Notes: a model not told the origin generated them from the letters alone. A stretch of 28,036 bases of DNA from an uncultured Pseudomonadales bacterium (GCA_964591645.1 CAZQBH010000002.1:4651-32686); one strand, 5' to 3'. Shown: positions 6,483 through 16,192, counted from the first letter of the stretch. A program made the numbers and translations.

Positions 6483-8138
6483 CACAATGTCTTTGGCTAT
6501 TAGTTGAAGCGTAGTACGACCCCGCCAACTGTTGAGATTAAGAGTGGCAGCTATACGGATTGGTGATCCTGCGGGAAATGCGGATATTTCTGATCCATGA
6601 CCAAACCAAATGATAGGGATGGTTGATTGTCCTGGTTTGCCGGCAAAGTTGATCTTGAGATGTTTTCCCTCTTTACCTAACGCTTGGGTAGAAATGACCA
6701 CGCCTTGAATTGCAAATGTTGGCTGTGAATTGCCAATCCCAAATGGTTGAAGTTGCTGGAGGGCTTCATAGAGTGATTTGGTAATGTCGGTGAAATCCAC
6801 CTCAACGTCTAGGGTTAACGTTGGTTTAAGCATCGTCTCACTAATGATTTGACTTGCAGTAAAAATAAGGGCATTTTTAAAGTGTTCAATTTTTTCCGTT
6901 CGAATGGAAAAACCAGCAGCCATTGGATGACCACCTACCCCTTCCAACAAATCACTTTGTTGGCGAATAAGCTCGGTAATGTTGACCCCATTAATGGACC
7001 GGGCAGAAGCTTTGGAAATTCCCGGCTTCCGGCTAATGATAATAGTGGGTCGGTAATATATTTCGGCCAGTTTACCAGCAACTAAACCAATTACTCCTTC
7101 ATGAAATTGGTCGTCATCAAGAACAATAATTTTTTGGCTCATCTCAAAATTGAACAGTAAATTTTTTGCTCGATCTAATAATTCTTGAGTCAAATCTTGT
7201 CGATTATGATTGGTGGAACCTAAGGTGTTAGCCAATGTGGACGCACGAGTGGAATTTTTGGTACACAGGAGGCGCAGTGAGTCGAGGGCGTGTTCCATTC
7301 TACCCATCGCATTAAGCCGGGGAGCAATTACATAGTTCACGTGATAGGGAGTAATGGTTTCATCCGGACTTATGCCAGCCTCCGCCAGGAGTGCTTTGAT
7401 GCCTGGCCTTTGGGATTGCTGCAGTGCAACAAGTCCATATTTAACGAGACTCCGATTCGTGTTGGTTAACGGCATCATATCGGATATGGTGCCGATGCAG
7501 GCAAGGTCGAGTGTATTTGGGGCATTTTCAGGTTGCAAGGTTTTGGCGATCATCCACGCGACCCCAGCACCACAGAGTGAAGTTGTATGCACAATTGCAT
7601 TGGCGTGAGGTTTCTCATCCCCTATTTGATGATGGTCAGTGATAATGATAGGAATACCTTTGTCGTTGATCCACTCAACTGCTTGATTGGCGACGATACC
7701 ATTATCAACGGTAATGATTAACGGTACTGTTTCAGGTGTTAGCAACAGGGCATCTTCAAGTCCTTTTATGGATAATCCATACCCATGGTTTTCGCGACTT
7801 GGGATAAAGGGAAATGCTTTTGCCCCCATGTGGGTGAGGGTTTCCCAAAGAATTGCTGTAGCGGTGACTCCATCAGCATCGTAATCACCATAGATAAGTA
7901 TGGGTTGATGATCAGCGATCGCTTGAGTGATGATGCGAATTGCAGCTTTTAAGTCATCCGCATTAATTCCGGTATCTGATGGATCAATATCTAGGGGAGA
8001 GGGAGGATTTAGAAAACGATCAATGGCCTCGCGGGTACGGAGGTCTCGGTTAGATAAGACAGCATCAACAATAGCCTGCTCTCTATCATTGGCTGTTTCA
8101 TTGACATTTGATTTAATGATCCATTGCATAGTCTTCAT
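6471..8138 (-). CDS. recJ: Single-stranded-DNA-specific exonuclease RecJ
   Basis: YGDYDADG, VDNG, ITDHH (DHH), GTISDMMPL, APRLNAMGR, and DHHA1 ASARS...GGH. Confidence 0.96.
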   Translation of the reverse strand: MKTMQWIIKSNVNETANDREQAIVDAVLSNRDLRTREAIDRFLNPPSPLDIDPSDTGINADDLKAAIRIITQAIADHQPILIYGDYDADGVTATAILWETLTHMGAKAFPFIPSRENHGYGLSIKGLEDALLLTPETVPLIITVDNGIVANQAVEWINDKGIPIIITDHHQIGDEKPHANAIVHTTSLCGAGVAWMIAKTLQPENAPNTLDLACIGTISDMMPLTNTNRSLVKYGLVALQQSQRPGIKALLAEAGISPDETITPYHVNYVIAPRLNAMGRMEHALDSLRLLCTKNSTRASTLANTLGSTNHNRQDLTQELLDRAKNLLFNFEMSQKIIVLDDDQFHEGVIGLVAGKLAEIYYRPTIIISRKPGISKASARSINGVNITELIRQQSDLLEGVGGHPMAAGFSIRTEKIEHFKNALIFTASQIISETMLKPTLTLDVEVDFTDITKSLYEALQQLQPFGIGNSQPTFAIQGVVISTQALGKEGKHLKINFAGKPGQSTIPIIWFGHGSEISAFPAGSPIRIAATLNLNSWRGRTTLQLIAKDIVLAD

Positions 8139-8194
8139 CTTAGGGAGAAACTTTCAAAATGCAAAGAGCAATTTGTCGAGTACAATAGGTAAAG

Positions 8195-9640
8195 ATGAAT
8201 TTATTATTATCACAACCCGTTTTATACGTCCTTTATGTACTGCAAAGAGCTGGATACGAAGGAGCAATTGTTGGAGGCGCCGTTAGAGATATCCTCTTGG
8301 GTAGACCAACGACCGATTGGGATTTTACCACTAATGCCCGACCGGAAGATATTATGCGACTCTTTCGTCATCATTTTTATGCCAATACCTATGGAACAGT
8401 GGGAATCCCCTTGCCCGGACTAGCAGATGAAATGAAACAGTCTGGTTGGAAAGTAGATGAGGAGCTTATCCAAGATCCTATGTGGGTGGATCAGATTATG
8501 GATATCACCACCTATCGATTTGAATCCGGTTATTCAGATAATCGCCGACCTGATCAAGTGAGTTGGGGTTCCCGCCTAATTGATGATGTAGCTCGACGTG
8601 ACTTTACCATTAATGCATTAGCTCTCTCAGTTCCGCAATCACTTTTGGAATCCGGAATTCATGAACGTATGGCGGAAGTGGAAACTACAGTGATTGATTC
8701 GTTTGGAGGAGAGCAAGACTTAGCAAATCATTTGATCCGAGCGGTAGGCAACCCCACTGAGCGTTTTCAAGAAGATGCTTTGCGGATGATGCGAGCAATT
8801 CGGTTTGGGGCTCAACTCGGATTTTCAATCGAAGCACAAACACTTCAGGCGATTCAAGATAATGCTCACTTGATTCGCACAATTAGTGCAGAGCGAATCC
8901 GAGACGAATTATTTAAAATATTAAAATCAAATTATCCGGCTGAAGGTATCACATTGCTGTATAACGCTGGTCTTTTGACATATATCATGCCGGAGATGAT
9001 TCCCATGCGGGGAATTAAACAAGGTGGACATCATATTTATGACGTATGGGACCATAGTTTGGAGGCTTTGCGCGGTTGTCCAAGCACCGATCCATTAGTC
9101 CGGTTTGCCACCTTAATTCATGATATTGGCAAACCCAAAACCGTACGTTATCAAGGTCCCCGAGGGGTGACTTTTTATGGTCACGAGGTGGTGGGAGCTC
9201 GGATAGCCAAATCAATCGGAGAACGGTTAAGGTTGACTAAAGACCAACTAGAAAAGTTGGAAATTTTGGTTCGTTGGCACATGTTTGTGTATGATCCTCA
9301 GATGACTGATGGGGCTATTCGACGGTTTATAAAACATGTTGGTTTGGAAAATATTAACGACATGATGTTGCTCCGCGTGGGTGATCGCAAAGGTGGAGGG
9401 AGTAAATCTACTTCCTGGCGATTGACCGAACTACAACAACGAATTGGTGAACAGCTTTATGAACCAATGAGCTTAAAGGATCTAGCAATCAACGGCAATG
9501 ATTTAATTTCGGAATTAAACATGAAACCAGGCAAGGAAATGGGAACGATTTTAAATACGTTGTTTGAAGAAGTATTGGATGACAGTTCCAAGAATACCCG
9601 CGAATATCTTTTAAATCGAGCACAAGAGTTAAATAAATAA
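8195..9640 (+). CDS. cca: CCA tRNA nucleotidyltransferase with HD domain
   Basis: VGGAVRD/DWD, RRDFTINA, EDALRMMRAIRF, ERIRDE, flexible loop ESGYSDNRRP, HD motif (DHSL...HDIGK); no poly(A) polymerase signature seen. Confidence 0.9.
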   Translation: MNLLLSQPVLYVLYVLQRAGYEGAIVGGAVRDILLGRPTTDWDFTTNARPEDIMRLFRHHFYANTYGTVGIPLPGLADEMKQSGWKVDEELIQDPMWVDQIMDITTYRFESGYSDNRRPDQVSWGSRLIDDVARRDFTINALALSVPQSLLESGIHERMAEVETTVIDSFGGEQDLANHLIRAVGNPTERFQEDALRMMRAIRFGAQLGFSIEAQTLQAIQDNAHLIRTISAERIRDELFKILKSNYPAEGITLLYNAGLLTYIMPEMIPMRGIKQGGHHIYDVWDHSLEALRGCPSTDPLVRFATLIHDIGKPKTVRYQGPRGVTFYGHEVVGARIAKSIGERLRLTKDQLEKLEILVRWHMFVYDPQMTDGAIRRFIKHVGLENINDMMLLRVGDRKGGGSKSTSWRLTELQQRIGEQLYEPMSLKDLAINGNDLISELNMKPGKEMGTILNTLFEEVLDDSSKNTREYLLNRAQELNK

Positions 9641-9743
9641 CAAATAACAAAACACAAATACACAATTCAATAATAAATACTAAATAATTAATTATTAAAT
9701 CTTTTGGTATTTAAATTTATTTGATGTTTGTGAATTTGTTATT
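9636..9743. repeat. Long AT-rich imperfect inverted repeat between the convergent cca and secF stops
   Basis: Outer arms AATAACAAAT (9636-9645) / ATTTGTTATT (9734-9743); inner TAAATAC/GTATTTA; central perfect palindrome AATAATTAATTATT (9683-9696). Confidence 0.7.
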
Positions 9744-10629
9744 TTTTCTTTTTATGGGAGAGGTGATCCCAGAGGACTAAGAGCGGAGCAGCGGTAAAGG
9801 TGCTGGAATATGTACCGGTAATGGTACCAATCAGGAGAGCAAAGACGAACCATTTGGTGGTTTCACCCCCCATTAACCACAAAGCTAACAACATAAAAAT
9901 AACAGTCATGGAGTTGTTGATTGATCGAGCCAAAGTTTCATTAACAGCTTTATTAATAAGGTCAAAGAAGGACGCTCGAGGGAAGGTTTTAAGACTTTCC
10001 CGAATCCGATCATAGACCACAATTGTGTCATGAACGGAGAAGGATAACATTGTCAATAAAGCGGTAATAAACAATGTGTCGATTTCGACACCTTTAAAAT
10101 GACCTAAAAGAGAAAATACACCCAAAACTACCAAGCTATCATGAAACATCGCGACAACAGCACATACCCCGTATTTAACGTTTTTAAATCGATAGGCTAC
10201 GTATAAGAGGATTAAACTAGCAGATAACAGAATCGCAGTAATCATTTTGGTAAGTAGTTCTTTGCCTAGGGTGGGACCGACTGTTTCAAATTGCCAACCA
10301 GCAATCGCTCCGGAGTTGGATGCAACGTTCTGCTTAATTAACTCATTTTGTTCGTTGGTAATTGGTTTCGTTTTAACCACATATTTTTGATTGTTTTGTT
10401 TTTGAATACCAACGACTTCAATATCGGTCGGAATTTGATTTTTAAGACTATCTTCAGATACATCATTGGCAAAGTGGATTTCAATCGAAGACCCCCCCGT
10501 AAAATCAATAGCAGGTCGAAGTCCATACCGAATTAGACTAATCACCCCTGGAATAATAACACAGAGAGAGATGGCAAAATAAAGCACATAGTGCTTCATA
10601 AAATTAATTGGTTTGCCCTGGTATTCCAT
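9739..10629 (-). CDS. secF: Protein translocase subunit SecF
   Basis: IDFTGGS, ETVGPTLG, FHD, FSVHDTIVVYDRIRE, TLARSINNS; six TM pattern. Confidence 0.97.
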   Translation of the reverse strand: MEYQGKPINFMKHYVLYFAISLCVIIPGVISLIRYGLRPAIDFTGGSSIEIHFANDVSEDSLKNQIPTDIEVVGIQKQNNQKYVVKTKPITNEQNELIKQNVASNSGAIAGWQFETVGPTLGKELLTKMITAILLSASLILLYVAYRFKNVKYGVCAVVAMFHDSLVVLGVFSLLGHFKGVEIDTLFITALLTMLSFSVHDTIVVYDRIRESLKTFPRASFFDLINKAVNETLARSINNSMTVIFMLLALWLMGGETTKWFVFALLIGTITGTYSSTFTAAPLLVLWDHLSHKKKK

Positions 10630-10631
10630 GC

Positions 10632-12020
10632 TTATTTTCCACCCTTTTTAGTAGTAATTGATGGATTGGCAAGCACATATTGTTTGCTTGGTTTATAAAA
10701 GAGACGCATAAGGGTGCGGGTAACAACGATGCCCGTAAACAAACTAATCATAATGCCTAGCCCCAGCGTTAGGGCAAACCCTCTTACCATGCCTGAGCTA
10801 TTTAAAAACGGCCAATCAAGCGGGTTAAACAAGACAAAGGATGTGATCAAACTTGCTACATTGGCGTCTTTTATACTATCCCAGGCACGACCAAAACCTA
10901 ACTCCATGGCTGTCTTCCATGGTTTGCCCATTCGCAGTTCCTCTTTCATTCGTTCGAATATCAGGATGTTGGAATCAACGGCCATACCAACAGAAAGAAT
11001 AAATCCAGCCAGACCGGGGAGCGTAATCGTAACCGGAATTAGTTTATATAAGGCAAGTGTAATCAATCCATAGACAACTAGAGCAATATCGGCCATAAGT
11101 CCCTGTATCCCATAAAGCATAACCATGAAAATCATAACCATTCCTAAACCGATTGCGCCTGCACGGAGACTCCGGGTAATAGAATCCTGACCTAAAGATG
11201 CATCAACATCTTTTTGCTCAAGAATTTGGATTGGAACGGGGAGTGCGCCTGCGTTAAGTTGAATGCTGAGATTTTTGGCATCTTCAAGGGTAAACTGGCC
11301 GGAAATGACTGCTTCTCCACCAGTGATTTGGTTATTTACTCGAGGATACGTTACCAGCATTTCATCCAGGAAGATGGCTACTTGTTTTCCAATATTTCTA
11401 CCGGTAATGTCCGCAAAAAGTTTTGCCCCTGGTTCATCGAAGAATAAGGCTACCTCTGGTTCACCTGATTGCGAATTAAATTGAACGGCTGATTTTTTCA
11501 GGTTTTTTCCGGTTAAACCAGTGGGGATAAAATCGCTTAGGAAAGCGGCCTGTGTAGCAGTTGGCGCCAATTCGCGAAAATCTAGCTGAGCAGTTTTGCC
11601 AATCAAACTTAAGGCTTCATTAATATCTTTCACACCAGGTAATTCAACCGCTATTCGGTATTCGTCACCCGTAACACTGGTCTGAATTAATGGTTCTGAA
11701 ACTCCATATAGGTCAACCCGACGGGCAATGACATTCCTAGACGACTCAAGAGCTGATTGGCGGTCTTCTGCCTTGATGTTGGACATATCAGCTTTGAGTA
11801 CTACACGCGTGCCACCCTGTAAATCTAAGCCTTGTTTAATATCAAAGTTGGTTACCACCTGTTTGCCGAATAAGTTAAAGTTAAATTTGGGTCGGCGGAT
11901 TATCGTATTAAGATTGATAAATTTCCAATTAATGTTTACCGGCACTTCAGCGGGCATATCGATTACAGCCGCAATCAGCGTTAGGCAAAGGATTATAGTA
12001 AATAATCGTTTAGGGTTCAT
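10632..12020 (-). CDS. secD: Protein translocase subunit SecD
   Basis: GLDLQGG, RRVDLYGVSEP, LNAGALP, GMAVDSNILIFERMKEE, SIKDANV, VRGFALTL. Confidence 0.97.
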   Translation of the reverse strand: MNPKRLFTIILCLTLIAAVIDMPAEVPVNINWKFINLNTIIRRPKFNFNLFGKQVVTNFDIKQGLDLQGGTRVVLKADMSNIKAEDRQSALESSRNVIARRVDLYGVSEPLIQTSVTGDEYRIAVELPGVKDINEALSLIGKTAQLDFRELAPTATQAAFLSDFIPTGLTGKNLKKSAVQFNSQSGEPEVALFFDEPGAKLFADITGRNIGKQVAIFLDEMLVTYPRVNNQITGGEAVISGQFTLEDAKNLSIQLNAGALPVPIQILEQKDVDASLGQDSITRSLRAGAIGLGMVMIFMVMLYGIQGLMADIALVVYGLITLALYKLIPVTITLPGLAGFILSVGMAVDSNILIFERMKEELRMGKPWKTAMELGFGRAWDSIKDANVASLITSFVLFNPLDWPFLNSSGMVRGFALTLGLGIMISLFTGIVVTRTLMRLFYKPSKQYVLANPSITTKKGGK

Positions 12021-12040
12021 AGTTGTTTATAGGAAAGATT

Positions 12041-12232
12041 CTATACCAAATTGAGCTGTCGAATCGAGGGGAAAGTGTAGGTTATAGTGCCTTCTTCGTA
12101 ATTAATGGTAACTTCCACCGGATCACCAGATTGAATACCCGTTCTTCTCACAAACTTGGCCGGGATTACCACGGCAAACGAATTCCCGGTTCTCACAACA
12201 TGTTTTGCTAATGGAGGACGTTCTTCTGGCAT
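12041..12232 (-). CDS. AbrB/MazE/SpoVT-family DNA-binding protein
   Basis: VVRTGNSFAVVIPAKFVRRTGIQSGDPVEV swapped-hairpin signature; GGAGGTG SD; TAATG coupling to the upstream gene. Confidence 0.85.
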   Translation of the reverse strand: MPEERPPLAKHVVRTGNSFAVVIPAKFVRRTGIQSGDPVEVTINYEEGTITYTFPSIRQLNLV

Positions 12233-12834
12233 TATTCCACCTCCGGTCCGGCCTTGTCTACTAGACCTTCTTCATCGCCAATTATCATGATTCTCGATTT
12301 GGATAAAATTCCCAGCAAAAAAGGATCTCGACGACTCTTTCTAAAAATAAATTCGTCTTGGGTCATAACCGTGTAGTTAATTTCTGTCTCTCGACGTTTT
12401 TCTTCTTTTTTAATGAGTTCATTAAGGGTGTTTAAATTTACAGTACCGACTACCAATAGATCGACCTCACCTTGTTCCCGAGCTTTATTGCGGGCATATT
12501 TACCCGATAACATTGCAAACTTGATCTTGCCTAATTCTTTCCGATTATCCCTGATAGCTTGGCCAATTCCCATTGATTTGGCGACAATACTCAAAATATC
12601 TTCGTAGTAATCGTAAGCGAAATTAGCCTGATAATAGACTCGATTCCCCCGTTTTTCTTTGACAACAATTCCGGCTTTGTCCAAATGATCAAGCTCACGA
12701 CGAACAGCATTAATTTCTTCATCGCTGGCTCTGGTTAATTCTCGGACGTAATACATCTGTTGTGGATTATCAAACAACAAACAGAGTAATTTATTTCTTA
12801 CCCGAGAGATAATAAAGTCGTGCATTTGTGGCAT
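12232..12834 (-). CDS. Winged-HTH (ArsR-like) fused to minimal nucleotidyltransferase (MNT-like) domain
   Basis: N-terminal YYVRELTRASDEEINAVRRELDHL...KEKRGNRVYY wHTH; C-terminal LSGKYAR...EVDLLVVG...EINYTVMT pol-beta-like fold. Start moved to the ATG after GGAGG (12834; 12825 also possible). Confidence 0.8.
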   Translation of the reverse strand: MPQMHDFIISRVRNKLLCLLFDNPQQMYYVRELTRASDEEINAVRRELDHLDKAGIVVKEKRGNRVYYQANFAYDYYEDILSIVAKSMGIGQAIRDNRKELGKIKFAMLSGKYARNKAREQGEVDLLVVGTVNLNTLNELIKKEEKRRETEINYTVMTQDEFIFRKSRRDPFLLGILSKSRIMIIGDEEGLVDKAGPEVE

Positions 12835-12879
12835 AAAGCCTCCATAAATACCCATATGTAAGGCAGGAAGTTAGTCACA

Positions 12880-12900
12880 TTGTACACCAAAAGTGCACAA
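12880..12900. promoter_or_regulatory. Palindromic operator candidate overlapping a TACAAT -10 box
   Basis: TTGTACAC-caaaa-GTGCACAA (8-5-8, one mismatch); minus-strand TACAAT at 12884-12879. Confidence 0.5.
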
Positions 12901-12911
12901 CTTTTTAAGGC

Positions 12912-14138
12912 TTATTGCTGCGGATAGTTAACGACAGTGCTGTTGTCGACTACCGAGATCCAGATACGTCCGCGGTTGAACTGAATTTCTTTACCTTTTT
13001 TGTCCGCAAAGACAGTTCTGGCAGTCCGTGATTTCTTTGACCAGTTAGCTTCAATTGCTTTACCGTCTTGAAAAATCAGCGCTTTCCCTTCGCCGATAGT
13101 GGTGTAAAGCATGTGTTTGAGCGAATCGACAGGACCGATTTCCTTGGTAAAGAGGATGACTACATTTTTAGCCCAAAGCTGTTCTTTGGTTTCCAGGTCC
13201 GCGTGAATCTCACCACCCGTGGATCGTTTGTATGTATTGGTTGTTTTGTCGTAATCCCACTGAGCGGCAAACTGTTTGTATCCATCCCAGAATTCGTGGG
13301 CGATCGGAGTAATCCCGCCCCGATCACCATCAACAGCATCGTCTTTAAATTTCCAGGCAGTAAAGTTTTTGGTCCAGTCTACCCCTTCCGGATCAAGATT
13401 GGTCCAGCCACGTTCAGCACCTACAGCCCACAGTTTTTCAGTTCGACCTTCGACACTATGTTCGGTGGCAACGGGTTGACCGGTTCGATTTTCGTTACGA
13501 ATGTACGCTTTTGCACCAACGGAAAACTGATCAAGATCATTACCGGTAGAATAGCGCCATTCATATTTCACCAATTGCTCAATCGCTTGGGCTTTGGCGT
13601 CTGTTTTACACGGACCGGTACTCCCATTGGGAAGTTTGTCGCCACTACAATTAGCTCCGCCTACGTGGGCAAAAAGCGGTGTGCCACCATACTCGGAAGC
13701 CCAATCAATAAAGTAAGTACGAACACTTCGTACCGGAGCTACAACTACATTACCTCGGGCAGCATCACAATAATATACTGCCATAAAGCGGGTAACTCCC
13801 CCTTCGGCAATGGCTTCGTAGAGAATATCGGCACGGTTAAGACCAGAGTGGGGTCGCGCATCTGGGCTGTTTTCAATCATAACAACCAAGGGTCGGCGTT
13901 TAGCCCAAATGGCTTGTTCGGTTTTGGTATACATGGCTCCATTCATTGGACAGACTTGATCCTTTGGTTCAGATGGATCAATGGCTACATCTGTGGAGTT
14001 GGTATTAATCTTTGATTCATTTTGAGGAGTGGTCACGGCAGTAGGTTGAGTCTTGGAAAAAACTGCATATGAGGCTCCCGCGGAGAGTAAGTAGAGAAAT
14101 ATTCCTGTTAAAAGAAAGGATTTCTTAGTGAATGCCAT
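12912..14138 (-). CDS. DUF3048 (YerB-like) membrane-anchored protein
   Basis: RRPLVVMIEN, ARPHSGL..AD..YE..AEGGVTRFMA, PVRSVRTYF, C-terminal RGRIWISVV; N-terminal TM/signal. Confidence 0.85.
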   Translation of the reverse strand: MAFTKKSFLLTGIFLYLLSAGASYAVFSKTQPTAVTTPQNESKINTNSTDVAIDPSEPKDQVCPMNGAMYTKTEQAIWAKRRPLVVMIENSPDARPHSGLNRADILYEAIAEGGVTRFMAVYYCDAARGNVVVAPVRSVRTYFIDWASEYGGTPLFAHVGGANCSGDKLPNGSTGPCKTDAKAQAIEQLVKYEWRYSTGNDLDQFSVGAKAYIRNENRTGQPVATEHSVEGRTEKLWAVGAERGWTNLDPEGVDWTKNFTAWKFKDDAVDGDRGGITPIAHEFWDGYKQFAAQWDYDKTTNTYKRSTGGEIHADLETKEQLWAKNVVILFTKEIGPVDSLKHMLYTTIGEGKALIFQDGKAIEANWSKKSRTARTVFADKKGKEIQFNRGRIWISVVDNSTVVNYPQQ

Positions 14139-14165
14139 GGGTCAGTTCCTTATTAATAATTATTT

Positions 14166-14642
14166 TTATTTTATGGTCTTTGACTTTTTTGCGGCCACAA
14201 ATGCTTTCCATTCTTCCTCGGAAAAATCAGCTTGTTTAACCGAGTCAAAATAGACTTGTTTCGCGTACAAACGAGTTGCATCACGACTATGAAGGGACGT
14301 AATGACAATACCATTATTGTTTTGGTCAAGCAAGCAGAGACAGAAACTTTGATCTCCACCTGTATCTGAAAAGGGGTTAAAACGGATAAATCCTAACCGT
14401 TGAAAATGATGGCGATTGTCGGTTTTTATTTCGGATATATGTTGTTCGATGGTTTCTATGCGGTTTGATGCATTATGAAGTGAATCTGAAATTTGCTTTA
14501 ATAAGCTTAACAAGTCTTTTTTAGTCACTCCCTTGCCTAATTCTTTAAGGATTTGTTTTTCTTTGGCGAGCAACATAGTCAAGATAATGCACCAAATACA
14601 AAGAATTCCACAAACAAAACCGAGGATAATCGTACTGTTCAT
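14166..14642 (-). CDS. DUF4446 family membrane protein
   Basis: RFNPFSDTGGDQSF...LLD..NNGIVITSLHSRD..RLYAK; start moved to MNSTIILG (14642), since the longer call overlaps the divergent gene. Confidence 0.85.
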   Translation of the reverse strand: MNSTIILGFVCGILCIWCIILTMLLAKEKQILKELGKGVTKKDLLSLLKQISDSLHNASNRIETIEQHISEIKTDNRHHFQRLGFIRFNPFSDTGGDQSFCLCLLDQNNNGIVITSLHSRDATRLYAKQVYFDSVKQADFSEEEWKAFVAAKKSKTIK

Positions 14643-14680
14643 ATGTTCACATTGTACTAGTGTGGTAAGATTTTGAAAGT

Positions 14681-14935
14681 ATGCCAAAGAAACGAACCCG
14701 CCAACAAAAAATTCGAGCCCAGTATCATTATGCTATGCCGGTCGGCAGAAGTTTTACCGGTGTAACCGTCAATGAGGAAGATCACAAAGCCGTTCCAGCA
14801 ATACGCAAAGGACAGGATATTCTGTCTTTATATTCGTATGATCCCGCGTATATCGTTCGAGATATTCGGTGGACATTGGGAGCATCATTTGTCATTCTCA
14901 TCGTCCAGTTTGGTCTGTATTTCTGGCTTAAATAG
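14681..14935 (+). CDS. Small hypothetical protein with basic N-terminus and C-terminal TM anchor
   Basis: 84 aa, MPKKRTRQQK start, C-terminal IRWTLGASFVILIVQFGLYFWLK; extended -10 TGGTAAGAT upstream. Confidence 0.7.
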   Translation: MPKKRTRQQKIRAQYHYAMPVGRSFTGVTVNEEDHKAVPAIRKGQDILSLYSYDPAYIVRDIRWTLGASFVILIVQFGLYFWLK

Positions 14936-14992
14936 CTATTATTACTTTTATTTTTGCTGTTTCGTTTTTCGGGACAACTAAAGGAGATGCTT

Positions 14993-16192
14993 ATGTATCA
15001 ACCTTCCCAAGAAATATTAAAAAAATATGCCGATGTTTTGGTAAAATTTGCCTTAAATTCCGGTGCGGGGATCAAACCGGGAGAGGTAGTGCAGTGTATC
15101 GTGCCGGATGTCGCGAAACCATTCCTCTTGACTTTACAACGATCAATACTGGAGGCTGGCGGGCATCCAGTAATGCGGTTGATGCCAACGGGGGTAGACC
15201 GAACATTTTACGAAATGGCTAATGAAGATCAACTAACCTTTTTCCCTAAAAAATTTGTTAAAGCTCGGGTGGATTTAATCGATCATTCCATTGGAATTTT
15301 GGCTGATCATGACTTAAAGGAACTGGTAGGTATTGATCCAGCGAAAATTATTAAGGCTCAAGAAGCCAATAAACAAGCTCGAGAATGGATGACTAATAAA
15401 GAATATGATGGTAAATTCACTTGGACACTTGCGTTGTATGGAACCCCTGCTATGGCTAAAGAAGCCGGATTATCCTTAGAGGCGTATTGGCAGGAAATTA
15501 TCCACGCTTGTTTTTTGGATGACGTTGATCCTATTGCTCGTTGGAAAGCCGTTAACGCTGAACAGGAACGGATTAAGCAAGCATTGAATGTTTTGCCGAT
15601 TGACCGACTTCATATTGAAGCAGAAGGTACTGATTTATGGCTATCATTAGGTGAAAAGCGCCAGTGGGTTGGTGGAGGTGGTCGTAATATCCCCAGTTTT
15701 GAAATTTTTACCAGTCCCGACTGGCGGGGAACGAATGGAACTATTAGTTTTAATCAACCTTTATATCGATATGGCAATATTATTCGAGATATTCAATTGC
15801 AATTTAAAGATGGTGTGGTCGTGGAGGCCCGGGCGCGAAAAAATGAATCACTTTTGCAACAAATGATTGATCGTCCAAATGCGAATAAAATTGGCGAGTT
15901 TAGTATGACTGATCACCGAATGTCTCGGATCACTCGGTTTATGGCCAATACATTGTTTGATGAAAATATTGGTAACCATTTTGGAAACACACACATCGCA
16001 GTTGGAATGTCATATAAGGATGCCTATGCGGGCAATCCGCGTGAGTTAAATAAAACATTGGCAAAACACTACGGTTTTAATGATTCCGGTGAGCATTGCG
16101 ATATTGTTTCAACTACTGATCGGACGGTAACTGCAATACTGAGGGATGGAACTGAAAAAGTCTTATTTAGAGATGGTAAGTTTCAGGTGTAA
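14993..16192 (+). CDS. Aminopeptidase, M29 (thermophilic metalloprotease / AmpS-PepS type)
   Basis: KYADVLVKFALN, NIPSFEIFTSP, GEFS, LFDENIG..THIAVG..Y, NDSGEHCDIV; start placed after the AAGGAG SD. Confidence 0.9.
   Translation: MYQPSQEILKKYADVLVKFALNSGAGIKPGEVVQCIVPDVAKPFLLTLQRSILEAGGHPVMRLMPTGVDRTFYEMANEDQLTFFPKKFVKARVDLIDHSIGILADHDLKELVGIDPAKIIKAQEANKQAREWMTNKEYDGKFTWTLALYGTPAMAKEAGLSLEAYWQEIIHACFLDDVDPIARWKAVNAEQERIKQALNVLPIDRLHIEAEGTDLWLSLGEKRQWVGGGGRNIPSFEIFTSPDWRGTNGTISFNQPLYRYGNIIRDIQLQFKDGVVVEARARKNESLLQQMIDRPNANKIGEFSMTDHRMSRITRFMANTLFDENIGNHFGNTHIAVGMSYKDAYAGNPRELNKTLAKHYGFNDSGEHCDIVSTTDRTVTAILRDGTEKVLFRDGKFQV

Noticed and set aside
13068-14015. 315-aa plus-strand ORF
   Set aside because: Lies entirely antisense to the well-supported DUF3048 gene, has no recognisable motifs and no start signal; shadow ORF.
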